Source: Chiloscyllium plagiosum
Taxonomy: Eukaryota
Assembly: GCF_004010195.1 (NCBI RefSeq)
Contig: NC_057755.1
Coordinates: forward strand, 5,509,040 to 5,560,532
Direction: 5' to 3'
DNA: 51,493 nt
In this document: piece by piece, positions 11,328-23,533 of the stretch
Position numbering within the stretch: the stretch's first letter is position 1
Layout: each line of letters opens with the position of its first letter
Program-made: the position numbers and the translations under genes
Notes under the pieces: generated by a model
The model's input: the letters and a program-made list of their open reading frames with translations, nothing else
Told to the model about the DNA's origin: nothing
Database searches by the model: none

Positions 11328-12006
11328 TGAGGATCTGAAAACTGAAAACAGGTCGAGGTAACTAGTTGTTGTCAGGAAGAGCTACTTAAGACATATTCTT
11401 ACTAACTTAGGTGGAAATAAAATGTTTTTTTCATACGAACAACATAACAAAATGGCTTCTCGTTTGCAAATTGCCAATTCTGCTTAACGCTGCTTAAAAT
11501 GACTTTTAACCCTGATAAAGCTGCATAACTGACTTGACCACAGTCTGTCTCAAGAAAGAATAGCAGACAATGCTTCCTTTACAGCACAGAAGTATCTAGA
11601 CTAAATAAGACACTACTGGCCATCATAACTAACATTCAAGTGCATGTGAAAAAACACGGTTCGTGAGATAAGAATGGCTTAAGTTTTGGAAAGCAAAGTT
11701 GGTTTCCAGGAAATATTGGGTTAAGTTGCTGTAAAAAAATCGTTAAATTGATTGGTAATTGTTTGAATGAACTGTATGATTGTGGCCTGCAAATCTCTTT
11801 AAGAGAAGTATAAAAATGTCTTTCTTTTAAGCCATGGGCGCAGTTCCTCCGAGGAACATGGAAGTGTTTAATCTCTGTGTTTCTGAATGATCTGTGCCCG
11901 GCTGTGAGCAATAAAATGAAAAGTCTTATAGAACCAGACTAATTTATCGTGTTTATTGACCGATCACGGAACAGAGAGGCACCCCGCCACCCGGATCAGA
12001 TCTTCA
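11328..12006 (+). repeat. 3' LTR of ERV copy B (679 bp)
   Basis: Begins TGAGGATCTGA and ends TCAGATCTTCA (10/11 inverted termini). TATAAAA at about 11809 and AATAAA at about 11910. Its end matches the sequence abutting the PBS at 31003. Confidence 0.88.
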
Positions 12007-12610
12007 CACTCTGTCCTTTCCCCTGTCTTCAACCCTGTCCTTCTATCCTGCATTCAACACTCTCCTTATCACTCTCTATTTATTTTTTCTATTACTCTGT
12101 GCTAACTGCCTGCTATTTTTCCCTGAACTGAACACTCATTTTACTGCCCTGAATTCAGCACCCTACCTATGACTCTATTATATACTCCAAAGTTCCACAA
12201 ATGTGGGATCCCATTATCAAGTCACACTGCAATTGCACTTGCATAGTACATGATACTGACTCAGCTCGCACAAAGCTGTTTCCTGGAGTCCACAGAAACC
12301 TCGAAACTCCTGTTCATACCGGTCAGCCAGGACTCCCTGATTGTACCAGTTTGTCAGCACAAATCAGAGAACACATCTTCAATGAGATCCATCCAGCTGA
12401 CCACATTACAATTCCAACAGCTTCCTCTGTCGTAAGCCACTCCCTGTGTCCCTGTAGTCAGGATCCTCCCTCTTATTCCTGATAAAATTCTCCTCCTATT
12501 AATTTTAGTTACTTTCCCTAACCGTTCTGTCTTTATCCGTCCCCCTTTTCCTGTATTCAGCTCTCTCCCTATAACTCTCCACTTTACCCTCTCCTATTGT
12601 CTATGTACTT

Positions 12611-12736
12611 CCTGAAGAAGGGCTCATGCCCGAAACGTCGATTCTCCCGCTCCTTGGATGCTGCCTGACCTGCTGCGCTTTTCCAGCAACACATTTTCAA
12701 GTCTGATCTCCAGCATCAGCAGTCCTCACTTTCTCC
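12611..12736 (+). mobile_element. Penelope-like pLTR with intact minimal hammerhead core (paralog 22824-22932 lacks the core)
   Basis: CTGAAGA-A-GGGC-TCAT-GCCC-GAAA-CGTC at 12612-12639; flanked by ATGTA on both sides. Confidence 0.75.
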
Positions 12737-13099
12737 GATGTAATTCTCTCCCCATTATTCTCCATTGAGTTACCTCCCTAATACAAAATTTTACCCTGTC
12801 TATATCCGAATTCAATGCTTTTTCATTCCCCAGTGCTCTTTAGCTATTGCCCTTCACTCCCCCCGCGACTCCCCCATCCAGAATGTGTGTTTACTCTCTA
12901 CAATAACCAGAGACCATGTGTCCCTGCCTGATCATTCACCACAACTGCAAACACGGGATCACTGATGCGCTGTGCTGCCGACTCTCTGGCCGGCGCTGGG
13001 ATTGCAGATCCGTCCCAAAGTGCCGCTGAAGCTCAGCAGCACCCCTACATGGACAGTGACAGTATCACTGTTTGGAAGAAGAAAGGCACAATTTCAATA

Positions 13100-14210
13100 T
13101 GAACTAATATAGTATTGATGTATAAATAGGAAAAGTTACAAGACACAACAGGAAACACATACAAACATGAACATTTGTAATATGCAACAATATTTGGATA
13201 TAAACTCGAACATCTCCAATACTAACAATATTTATGCTCCAATGCACAATAATATTACATGTAAACACAATCAGCTCTAATACACAACGATATTTGTACA
13301 GACACAAATAGCACCCCATATAACAATACATAATGTATATTATACAAGTTAAACATGGGATAATGTTTTTATGAAGGACTTGCACGGAGGAAGTGATTGC
13401 TCTGTTGCCAAATGTGCAGAAGACACAAAAATATTTGGGAAGACAAGTTGGCACATTGCATTTGCTTTCTTAGGTATGGGGATGGTGGTGGTCTCCTTGT
13501 AGAAGATGGAGACTTCCACTTTTTGGAGGGAGAGGTTAAAAATGTCGGTGAATATCTCCGCAAATTGGTCCATACAGGATCGAAGTGCATGGCCAGAGAC
13601 TGCATCCAGGCCCGCCGCTTTCCTTGGGTTGACTGTCAAGAAATCTTTTCTGACATGTGCGGCCGTGAACGATTGACAGATGTGTCAGGGACTGTTGGAA
13701 CAGGAGTCACTGCGCCCCTGGCATTCTGGTTGAACCACACACGGAAAGCATTGAGCTTCTCAGAGAGCGATGTGTCTTTGTCCGCTATTGTTCTTTGCTT
13801 CATTTGGTATACTGTAACTTTCTTTAGGCCTTGCCATAGGCAGCGGGAGTCTGTTTGGTTTGTATGGGGCTTTCACGTGGTCTGGTACTCCCACTTGGCA
13901 TCTCTGCTGACCTTGCAGAGGTTAGATCTGGATTCCTGTTTAGGTTTGGCTCTTTCCACTTGAATGTTGCCCGTCTGGTCTTCAGTTGGGGAACACATGC
14001 ATTGACTTCTTCAATACTCAGTCCTCCATGCATTTGCTAAAGATTCCGTGATGTTGATGTTTACTTATCCAGATTTTCTGCTGAGTGCTTTAACACGGTC
14101 CAGTTCACCAATTCTAAACAATCCCAGAGACTGTCATTCACAGCCGGAGACCAGCATTGTACTTCCTTTTGTGAAGAGTCCGCCCATTTCAGCTTCTGCT
14201 TGTAAGCTGT
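13100..14210 (-). mobile_element. Rex1/Babar-type non-LTR retrotransposon fragment
   Basis: VNPRKAAGLDAVSGHALRSCMDQFAEIFTDIFNLSL...TTIPIPKK (ORF 13349-13639) is the typical RT N-terminal block. Confidence 0.8.
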
Positions 14211-14229
14211 TTCCACATTTTAGAGAGAC

Positions 14230-15092
14230 TAGGAACTGAGGGCACAGCCTCAGAGTGAAGGGGCGACCTATGGAACTGAGATGATTATGAATTTCTTCAT
14301 TGAAAGAATGTTTAATCTGTGGAAATAATTACCGAAGAGGACTGTGGAGACCAGGACATTGAGTGTGTGATGATGCTGCTCCTTTTATGTTCTTATTTTT
14401 TTTTCTTAGAATGTTTGTAAATGCAGAGGTTCTGTGGTGTCTAGTTTTGATGGGTTTTAGGGCCAACTTCATGATTTCTAACAGACATTACCTCCAGCAA
14501 AAGACTTTCAAGTAAAAAAAATACAATGAAAGGGGAGTGGCCAATTCTCACAGCTGGTCTGGTTTGGTTTGCTATTAGTAAGCAGCCAGTCTTTCAGACT
14601 GCTGGTAAAAGGAACAGCTACATGAAAGTAATTGTTCCATGCTGAATCTCTCTCTGACATCTCTCCTGTAAGAACCTGTGTTTGATTTGACTTGTATTGC
14701 CAAGAGGTGTTTATGGGGATTTGTGCAGAATTGAGAACAATTATTAAGTTGGGATAGTCTGTTCGCTTTCACACAGGTTAACTTAGTCTGTATTCTGTTC
14801 CCTTTGGTTGTGTTTCATTCGGTACTCTGGAAATAAATTCTGTTTTATTTCAATCCGAGGAATATTAGCAAGCTCCATCACTACTGGAATGTCCACTGTA
14901 TACCTGCTCAAAACAAGTTAAGCTCAGAAAAGTTAGGGTTTGGGCTACCATCTTGAAATGTTTTGAGAGGGTCTGGCCTGGTCTATAACAAATTTATAAA
15001 AAATATGTGTTCCTACTGGATTAGGGAATCAAATGTTATGGGGAGAATGCAGGAGAATAGAATTCCATCATGTGGAAATGTCAGAACGACTG
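14230..15092 (+). mobile_element. CR1 3' fragment interrupted by a solo LTR
   Basis: CR1-like 3' sequence (GGGCACAGCCTCAGAGTGAAGGGG...GTTATGGGGAGAATGCAGGAGAAT) split at 14366-14990. Confidence 0.65.
14366..14990 (+). mobile_element. Solo LTR of an LTR retrotransposon (probably Gypsy-type)
   Basis: TGTGA...TAACA termini, AATAAA near the 3' end, interrupts a CR1; paralogs at 20527-21164 and 49297-49947. Confidence 0.7.
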
Positions 15093-15592
15093 NNNNNNNN
15101 NNNNNNNNNNNNNNNNNNNNNNNNNNNNNNNNNNNNNNNNNNNNNNNNNNNNNNNNNNNNNNNNNNNNNNNNNNNNNNNNNNNNNNNNNNNNNNNNNNNN
15201 NNNNNNNNNNNNNNNNNNNNNNNNNNNNNNNNNNNNNNNNNNNNNNNNNNNNNNNNNNNNNNNNNNNNNNNNNNNNNNNNNNNNNNNNNNNNNNNNNNNN
15301 NNNNNNNNNNNNNNNNNNNNNNNNNNNNNNNNNNNNNNNNNNNNNNNNNNNNNNNNNNNNNNNNNNNNNNNNNNNNNNNNNNNNNNNNNNNNNNNNNNNN
15401 NNNNNNNNNNNNNNNNNNNNNNNNNNNNNNNNNNNNNNNNNNNNNNNNNNNNNNNNNNNNNNNNNNNNNNNNNNNNNNNNNNNNNNNNNNNNNNNNNNNN
15501 NNNNNNNNNNNNNNNNNNNNNNNNNNNNNNNNNNNNNNNNNNNNNNNNNNNNNNNNNNNNNNNNNNNNNNNNNNNNNNNNNNNNNNNNNNNN
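15093..15592. other. Assembly gap (about 500 N)
   Basis: N run. Confidence 0.99.
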
Positions 15593-15880
15593 CAATAACG
15601 AGAGGTCACGCTTTCAAGGTGAGAGGTGGAAAGTTTAAGGGGGATACATGCGGCAAGTACTTCACAAAGAGGGTGGTGGGCGTTTGGAACGCGTTGCCAG
15701 CGGAGGTGGTAGAGGTAGGCATGGTAGATTCGTTTAAGATGCGTCTGGACAAATTCATGAGTAGGTGGGGAGCAGAGGGGTACAAATGCTTCGGAATTGA
15801 CCAACAGGTTTAGACAGTACATTTGGATCGGCTCAGGCTTGGAGGGCCGAAGGGCCTTGTTCTGGGCTGGACATTTTCTT
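15593..15880 (+). mobile_element. CR1 LINE 3' end
   Basis: TRGHAFKVRGGKFKGDTCGKYFTKRVVGVWNALPAEVV..FKMRLDKFM is the canonical CR1 ORF2 C-terminus; GGGCCGAAGGGCC 3'UTR motif follows. Confidence 0.9.
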
Positions 15881-16349
15881 TGATATTTGTGTAATATTCA
15901 CATCAGAATCCCTGTATCTATCACTTGGCTAAATGATTTGTGACTGCCACTTCTAAACTGACACTGTAGCAAATGTCTTCCTGGGGCTACGGTCGACCTG
16001 AGTGTCAATGTACTCTGCTTTAAACAATCGCTTCAGAGCTTTTCCTTGTCCCAACACTTCTGTCTGGGACCGACACAGGAATTTTCAGTCCTAAGCAGTC
16101 TAATTTATTAAAACTCGCATTTCTTTCACATGAGAACAGATCTACACATCCACTCATTTCCAGGGTCACAGAGGAACTAAAATAAATTACAAATATAATT
16201 GATGTGAAATTAATGCTTTCTCCATTACTTCTTTCTTCTTCAATCGAAAATTCCAGAACTCTACAAATAATGTTTAAGGCTACATCATTTCCATGCTGTG
16301 CTGCAAGCGTCAAAAGTAAACAAAGGTTCACTCGTGTACAAAGCCATTC

Positions 16350-16470
16350 AGGAGAAGGTGAGGACTGCAGATGCTGGAGATTCAAGTCACAATTCGAGGA
16401 ATGCTGGAAAAGCACAGCAGGCCAGGCAGCATCCAAGAAGCAGGAAAATCGACGATTCAGGCAGGGGCTC
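16350..16470 (-). mobile_element. Penelope-like pLTR fragment
   Basis: GGAGAAGGTGAGGACTGCAGATGCTGGAGA...GCAGGAAAATCGACG, same family as the other copies. Confidence 0.7.
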
Positions 16471-16990
16471 TTTGACTTGACTTCAATCTTGACTACAAAG
16501 CCAATCAGCCGACATCCAAACCCCAAACACATTTTTAAAAACAAATCTTGTCATTACAGAAATAACTTCAAGTTCTCCATTAACTGCAGATGTACAGAGA
16601 AGCCCATTGCTTATTCACTCAAAAATCCAGAGTCAAATGCAAACTAAACGATTTTTCACTCTCTACATAAAAAAATACTGGCGCTTATATTTTTCTAAAG
16701 TGATTCCTTTGCTCAATTCCACCGAAATTCTCTGAAGTCTCCAAGTGCAATGGAGATTTCTGCAACGTTCCCAGAAGAAATGAATAATTTCCCGAGCAAT
16801 AATTTCCGTGAGGAATATGCGATGATGGAGTATCCTCGGCGTCTCTGTCATCTGAGACTAAATTACTGAACGTCTGCCAATGTGTGGCTTTTGGGCACAA
16901 CATGCCCATGCATCATTGTCAGTGACAAATTGACCGCGCAGAGAATCCATAGACAGGTTCACACAAAGTCAATGGTGTAAGGGCACTTAA

Positions 16991-17058
16991 CAAGAATTGT
17001 TACAAACTGAAGCATCGTGTAAAAATATTCTTTACACATGGTGAAGTGAAAACCTCAT
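16991..17058 (-). pseudogene. Pseudo-exon 1 of a GPR139-like paralog (within inverted paralogous block 15895-17310)
   Basis: Reverse complement aligns to 36423-36495; in-frame TAA, a frameshift and a donor mutated to TTAAGT. Confidence 0.7.
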
Positions 17059-17378
17059 TTTCTGCCTGAATCTCTTTGTGCAGTAAATCTCTGTGTACTC
17101 AGTGCCAATGTGAGACAACCTCAAAACTTTTCATTTATACCTGCTGACATCGCCTGGGGGACTGTTACGTTACAATTCATTCATTCAAGACTGTGGTGCA
17201 ATTCATTCATTTAAGAACTTGAACAAACAGCTGACCGCACTGAGTTAACTTTCAGCGGACACAGCACACTTTAGAACTGAGGTTTATTGGATGATACAAA
17301 CCTTCATCGTTTATTTCCTTTCTGAAAATGTTTCACTTCCCAGAAATATTTCTTTGAATTGTGGAACCCGACTGTACT

Positions 17379-17635
17379 GAAGACACAGAGATGGAGAGCT
17401 TGAGGCAGTCGGTGATTTCTCTCATCTCTATATCCATCAGCTTTGTACTTCTGTGGTTAGCGCAGGGTGGAAACACCTGAAACTTTAGCACTAAAGAAGC
17501 ATATCGTTGGAAGAGCTCTCATCTATTCCAGTTTACGTTGATGGCAGAAATGCTGAGGGATTTAAGCTGCAGCACGAACACATTAATTTCTGCAACGAAT
17601 CTGCTCAAGTTCAGAGCGAAGTTCTGGTCACGTAA
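17379..17635 (+). pseudogene. 3' part (TM6-TM7) of exon 2 of a GPR139-like pseudogene
   Basis: DTEMESLRQSVISLISISISFVLLWL...EMLRDLSCSTNTLI aligns to 45922-46197; contains a stop and deletions. Confidence 0.85.
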
Positions 17636-18019
17636 ATTCTTCACTTATGATGCAAAGATGATGTAAAGAGGCTGGAGGAGTGATTCCAAATGACAGGCTG
17701 GCTGCGAGTGATGGCTTCAGCTGGAATATTGGGTCTTCACAGAGTGCCCTTTGGATGAGTGTTAAAGACCAGCAGGATGGGTCTCTGCATTTCTCTTGCA
17801 GGGGAGGAGGGGTGGGGCAGAAGCTGTCGTTCCTGTACCATGATGATTGTCAGACTCTCTCTGTTCAGCTCATAGTAAACACTTTATTACAACCAGCAGG
17901 GAAAGGTTCCGGGTGCCAGTGATCACCTCATCTGAGTTGGGTATTGGAGAAGCACATTTGTTTTTGAGAGAGTTTATTGAGTCCACCACCTGTCTACTTA
18001 CTTCACAAAAATATTGTTT

Positions 18020-20090
18020 TTTCTCTCTCTCTCTCTACCTCACCTGTCTGCCTTTTTTCCTCTCTCACGCTGACCCCCCATCTCTCAGTTTCTTGCTGTG
18101 TCTCTCTTTCTCTCTTTTTGTCTCGCTCTTTTTGCCCCTCTGTCTGCATCGATCTATCTCTCTACCTGTCTATCTGTCTGTCTGCCTCACTGTATCCCTC
18201 TATTTCTATCCTTCTTTGTCTCCCTGTCTATCTCTTTCCCGGTCTCTCTGTGACTCCCTCTCTCTCTGTGTCTTTCTCTCACAAAGACGATGACAGACAC
18301 TTGTCTCAGTTTTCAATATGCTTACTTGCATTGATTCAAAGCACTTCCAGATCCCCTCCTTCACTGATCCTTCACCAGGCAGTGATTTTGCAAACTGCAA
18401 AGTGCACAGATACAGCCGACAATACGTTAACACATGACTGTAATGATGTCTGCTGGAGTTTGATCGTCTCCCTTTCTTCTCTCTGTGGCTGTGCGGGAAG
18501 TGTGTTCATGCGTCTCCCTTTCAGCGTTTGACGGTCTCTGTGTGTCTCTGTATAGGGGGTGTACTTCATTGCCTTTGTGGGGATCTCACTTTGTTTGTGT
18601 GTCCCTCAGTTTTTGTCATTAGATATGTCCCTGAATGTGACACATCATGACTGTGTTTATGCATCTATGTGTGGGTTTCCCTTTGTGCGTGTTGGGAAGT
18701 ATTTTGGTGAATTTCCATTCAAGTGTTTATATATTTGGATATGTTATTCAGTCTTGTATGAGTGTTCCCGTGAAGGTAAGCGTTCTTATGTGGGTGTATG
18801 TTACTGTCCCTGTGTGATTGCTTATCTGTGTGTACTTTGCACATTGTGAAGCTGTTGTGTTTTTGCCTGTGTGTATGATGTTTGTAAGGTCACAGTCCTA
18901 TGACGGTGTGGTTTTGTGTGTGTGTGTGTCTGCGTGTGTGCCTGTGTGCATTACTCTCAGCATGTCTTGGTGGTTCTATGACACCATGTGTGTGTGTGTC
19001 TCTGAGTGTCATTGTATTATTATTGGAGTGCGGGGTGTCTCTCTGCCTGACTATGTTCATGTATTAGCAGGTGAGTGTATTGATCAGACTGTGCTTGGCT
19101 GTCTGTCCGTGTGTCAAGGTCTTTCTGTGCCCCTAGTAGGAACTCTCTGTGTCTCTCTGTAGGTGTGTCTCTGTTTCTGAGTGTCACTCTTCTATATCTC
19201 ATTGTGGTTGTGGTTCAGTAACTGTTTGAATGTGCTTGTGTGTGTGCCGAAAAAGGTACTGTCAGTTCTTTCAAGTTGGTGTTTAACGACTCTTACGCTG
19301 AGTTCTTTTATATCTGTGTGTGGGGCTGTAGGTGTGATTCTTTGTGTGGAGATGTGTTCCTATATCTCAGTATGACTGCATTTCTCTGTGTGTGAATATA
19401 TGTGCATTTGGCATGTACATAATGTGTTCCTTTCTGTACTTGTGTGTGCATATGTGCGTGTGTGTGTGTGTGAGCGTGTGCATAGATTTGTTCCGATTTC
19501 TCACTATGCCTGCAAAATTTCACCAGGTGGTGAAGGAGCAGTACTCTGAAATAATGCTTCCAAATAGAGTTGTTGGACCAGAACCTGATGTTGTGTGATT
19601 TTTAAATTCGTACACCCCAGTCCAGCAACCGCATCTCTAAATCATCAGTATGACTGCATTTCTTTGTGTGTGGATGTGTGTGCATTCTGTGCATACATCA
19701 GTGTGTCTCAGTATGACTGTTTGTCTGGGTTTATACGTGTGCACACATGTGTGAGAAGGTGTGCCCCCTTCTGCACTATGTTTTCATTCCTGTGTGTTGC
19801 GAGGGTGCTGGAATGTTGCTGTAGTGTGTGTGCAGATGTGTTCCCACGTTTCAGATTGATGGTGTTACTGTGTATCTGTGCATTGTGTGTACGTTTATGT
19901 GTGCTTTTGTTTGTCAGTATGTTCTTATATCTCACTTTGACTGCATTTCTGTGTAGAGGTATGTGTTCTGCGTGTATATGTACGTGAGTTTGTGGGTGTA
20001 GATGTGTTTCTGCATGTACGTGTATGTTTGTGTGAGAGTGTGGATGTGTTTCGGTGATCCTTTGGTTGTAGTTCTGTCTATGTCTGATCT
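18020..20090. repeat. Degenerate CT-rich then GT-rich low-complexity tract (paralog 47020-48810)
   Basis: Imperfect (CT)n and (GT)n arrays; alignable to 47-48.8 kb. Confidence 0.85.
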
Positions 20091-20526
20091 TGATATTCCC
20101 TCTCATGAAAAGGTTCAAGTGAACCCTTGAGCAGGTCATGGTGCACATATTGCGCATTTCCGGCAAGCTAGGAAATATCTAACTATCAGGATCCTTAGCT
20201 CCTGCACTCTGAGAGCTCAACTGTTACTTCAATTCAAGGACCTAAGACTAATGAACGAAACAAGACAGGGAAATATTCAATGAAACGAAGGATTCCAGTT
20301 CATCCATCCTTGTTTGTAACATGGATGCAATATTGAAGCTGGTTGTATCCATACATTAATATTGTTACATATTAGATCATTAGGTTATATAGTGTGGGAG
20401 CAGAATTAGGCCATTCACCCTAACCAGTCGTTCTGACATTTCCACATGATGGAATTCTATTCTCCTGCATTCTCCCCATGACATTTGATTCCCTAATCAA
20501 GTAGGAACACATATTTTTTATAAATT

Positions 20527-21164
20527 TGTTATAGACCATGCCAGACCCTCTCAAAACATTTCAAGATGGTAGTCCAAACCCTAACTTTTCTGAGCTTAAC
20601 TTGTTTTGAGCAGGTATACAGTGGACATTCCAGAAGTGATGGAGCTTGTCAATATTCCTCGGATTGAAATAAAACAGAATTTATTTCCAGAGTACCAAAT
20701 GAAACATAACCAACGGGAACAGAATACAGACTAAGTTAACCTGTGTGAAAGCGAACAGACTATCCCAACTTAATAATTGTTCTCAATTCTGCACAACTCC
20801 CCATAAACACCTCTTGGCAATACAGGTCAAATCAAACACAGGGTCTTACAGGAGAAATGTCAGAGAGAGATTCAGCATGGAACAATTACTTTCACGTAGC
20901 TGTTCCTTTTACCAGCAGTCTGAAAGACTGGCTGCTTACTAATAGCAAACCAAACCAGACCAGAGTAAAGCTGAGCTGTGAGAATTGGCCACCCCCCTTT
21001 CATTGTATTTTTTTTTACTTGAAAGTCTTTTGCTGGAGTTAATGTCTGTTAGAAATCATGAAGTTGGCCCTAAAGCCCATCAAAACTAGACACCACAGAA
21101 CCTCTGCATTTGCAAACATTCCAAGAAAAAAAAATAAGAACATTAAAGGAGCAGCATCATCACA
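20527..21164 (-). mobile_element. Solo LTR (paralog of 14366-14990)
   Basis: TGTTATAGACC...CATCATCACA; reverse complement of 14366-14990. Confidence 0.7.
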
Positions 21165-21319
21165 CACTCAATGTCCTGGTCTCCACAGTCCTCTGCGGTA
21201 ATTATTTCCACAGATTAAACATTCCTTCAATGAAGAAATTCATACTCATCTCAGTTCCATAGGTCGCCCCTTCAAACTGAGGATGTGCCCTCAGGTCCTA
21301 GTCTCTCTTATATGTGGAA

Positions 21320-22470
21320 ACAGCCTACAAGCAGAAGCTGAAACGGGCGGACTCTTCACAAAAGGAAGTACAATGCTGGTCTCCGGCTGTGAATGACAGT
21401 CTCTGGGATTGTTTAGAATTGGTGAACCGGACCGTGTTAAAGTACTCATCAGAAAATCTGGATAAGTAAACATCAACATCACGGAATCTTTAGCAAATGC
21501 ATGGAGGACTGAGTATTGAAGAAGTCAATGCGTGTGTTCCCCAAGTGTCGACGTCGTGTTGACAACTCCCAACTGAAGAACAGACGGACAACATTCAAGT
21601 GGAAAGAGCCAAACCTAAACAGGAATCCAGATCTAACCTCTGCAAGGCCAGAAGAGATGCCAAGAGGGAGTACCAGACCACGTGAAAGGCCCATACAAAC
21701 CAAACAGGCTCCGGCTTCCTATGGCAAGGCCTAAAGAAAGTTATAGGATACCAAATGAAGCAAAGAACAATAGCGGACAAAGACACATCGCTCTCTGAGA
21801 AGCTCAATGCTTTCCGTGTGTGGTTCAACCAGAATGCCAGGGGCGCAGTGACTCCTGTTCCAACAGCCCCTGACACATCTGTCAATCGTTCACGACCGCA
21901 CATGTCAGAAAAGATTTCTTGACAGTCAACCCAAGGAAAGCGGCGGGCCTGGATGCAGTCTCTGGCCATGCACTTCGATCCTGTATGGACCAATTTGCGG
22001 AGATATTCACCGACATCTTTAACCTCTCCCTCCGACAAGTGGAAGTCTCCATCTTCTACAAGGAGACCACCACCATCCCCATACATAAGAAAGCAAATGC
22101 AATGTGCCAACTTGTCTTCCCAAATATTTTTGTGTTTTCTGCACATTTGGCAACAGAGCAATCACTTCCTCCGTGCAAGTCCTTCATATAAACATTATCC
22201 CATGTTTAACTTGTATAATATACATTATGTATTGTCATATGTTGGTGCTATTTGGGTCTGTACAAATATTGTTGTGTATGACAGCTGATTGTGTTTACAT
22301 GTAATATTATTGTGCATTGGAGCATAAATATTGTTAGTTTTGGAGATGTTCGAGTTTATATCCAAATATTGTTGCATAGTAGAAATGTTCATGTTTGTAT
22401 GTGTTTCCTGTTGTGTCTTGTAACTTTTCCTATTTATACATCAATACTATATTAGTTCATATTGAAATTG
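21320..22470 (+). mobile_element. Rex1/Babar-type LINE fragment (paralog of 13100-14210)
   Basis: AYKQKLK...QCWS and VNPRKAAGLDAVSG...IFTDIFNLSL (ORF 21919-22191). Confidence 0.8.
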
Positions 22471-23533
22471 TGCCTTTCTTCTTCCAAACAGTGATACTGT
22501 CACTGTCCATGTAGGGGTGCTGCTGAGCTTCACCGGCACTTTGGGACAGATATGCAATCCCAGCGCCGGCCAGAGGGTCGGCAGCACAGCGCATCAGTGA
22601 TCCCGTGTAAGCAGTTGTGGGGAATGATCAGGCAGGGGCACGTGGTCTCTGGTTATTGTAGAGAGTAAACACACATTCTGGATGGGGGAGTCGCGGGGGG
22701 AGTGGAGGGCAATAACTAAAGATCACTGGGAAATGAAAAAGCATTGAATTCGGATATAGACAGGGTAAAATTTTGTATTAGGGAGGTAACTCAATGGAGA
22801 ATAATGGGGAGAGAATTACATCGGAGAAAGTGAGGACTGCAGATGCTGGAGATCAGAGCTGAAAATGTGTTGCTTGAAAAGCGCAGCAGGTCAGGCAGCA
22901 TCCAAGGAGCGGGAGAATCGACGTTTCGGGCATTACATAGACAATAGGAGAGGGTAAAGTGGAGAGATATAGGGAGAGAGCTGAATACAGGAAAAGGGGA
23001 CGGATAAAGACAGAAAAGTTAGGGAAAGTAACTAAAATTAATAGGAGGAGAATTTTATCAGGAATAAGAGGGAGGATCCTGACTACAGAGACACAGGGAG
23101 TGGCTTACGACAGAGGAAGCTGTTGGAATTGTAATGTGGTCAGCTAGATGGATCTCATTGAAGATGAGTTCTCTGATTTGTGCTGACAACCTGGTACAAT
23201 CAGGGAGTCCTGGCTGACCGGTATGAACAGAAGTGTCGGGGTTTTTGTGGACTCCAGGAACCAGCTTTGTGCGAGCTGAGTCAGTATCATGTACTATACA
23301 AGTGCAATTGCAGTGTGACTTGATAATGGGATCCCACATTTGTGGAAATTTGGAGTATATAATAGAGTCATAGGTAGGGTGCTGAATTCAGGGCAGTAAA
23401 ATGAGTGTTCAGTTCAGGGAAAAATAGCAGGGAGTTAGCACAGAGTAATTGAAAAAATAAATAGAGAGTGATAAGGAGAGTGTTGAATGCAGGATAGCAG
23501 GACAAGGTTGAAGACAGGGGAAAGGACAGAGTG

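Larger units (their letters stand above)
6095..12006 (+). mobile_element. Class I ERV, copy B (inverted against copy A; lacks 5'LTR, PBS and most of the leader)
   Basis: 6096 onward is the reverse complement of 5412 downward; carries pre-gag ORF, gag, pol remnant, env, PPT and a complete 3'LTR. Confidence 0.93.

Noticed and set aside
11636..11911. 91-aa antisense ORF inside the LTR, present in B and C
   Set aside because: Non-ATG start, no motif; conservation is expected at about 94% identity.
12201..12482. 93-aa ORF preserved in both arms (also 23058-23339), considered as a post-env accessory gene
   Set aside because: It lies outside the 3'LTR in host flank, has no recognisable motif, and its preservation is explained by recent duplication.
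12612..12639. Functional link between hammerheads (which yield 2',3'-cyclic phosphates) and the CNPase-like ORF
   Set aside because: The pLTRs are later, unrelated insertions scattered across the window, also outside the ERV; co-occurrence is coincidental.
13397..13963. 188-aa ORF (also 21595-22161)
   Set aside because: Antisense shadow of the Rex1-type RT frame.
14963..15822. Long ORFs of 175-269 aa
   Set aside because: Artefacts of translating through the N gap.
17847..20166. Many Cys/Val/Ser/Leu-rich ORFs (also 46977-48818)
   Set aside because: Translations of CT/GT low-complexity DNA.
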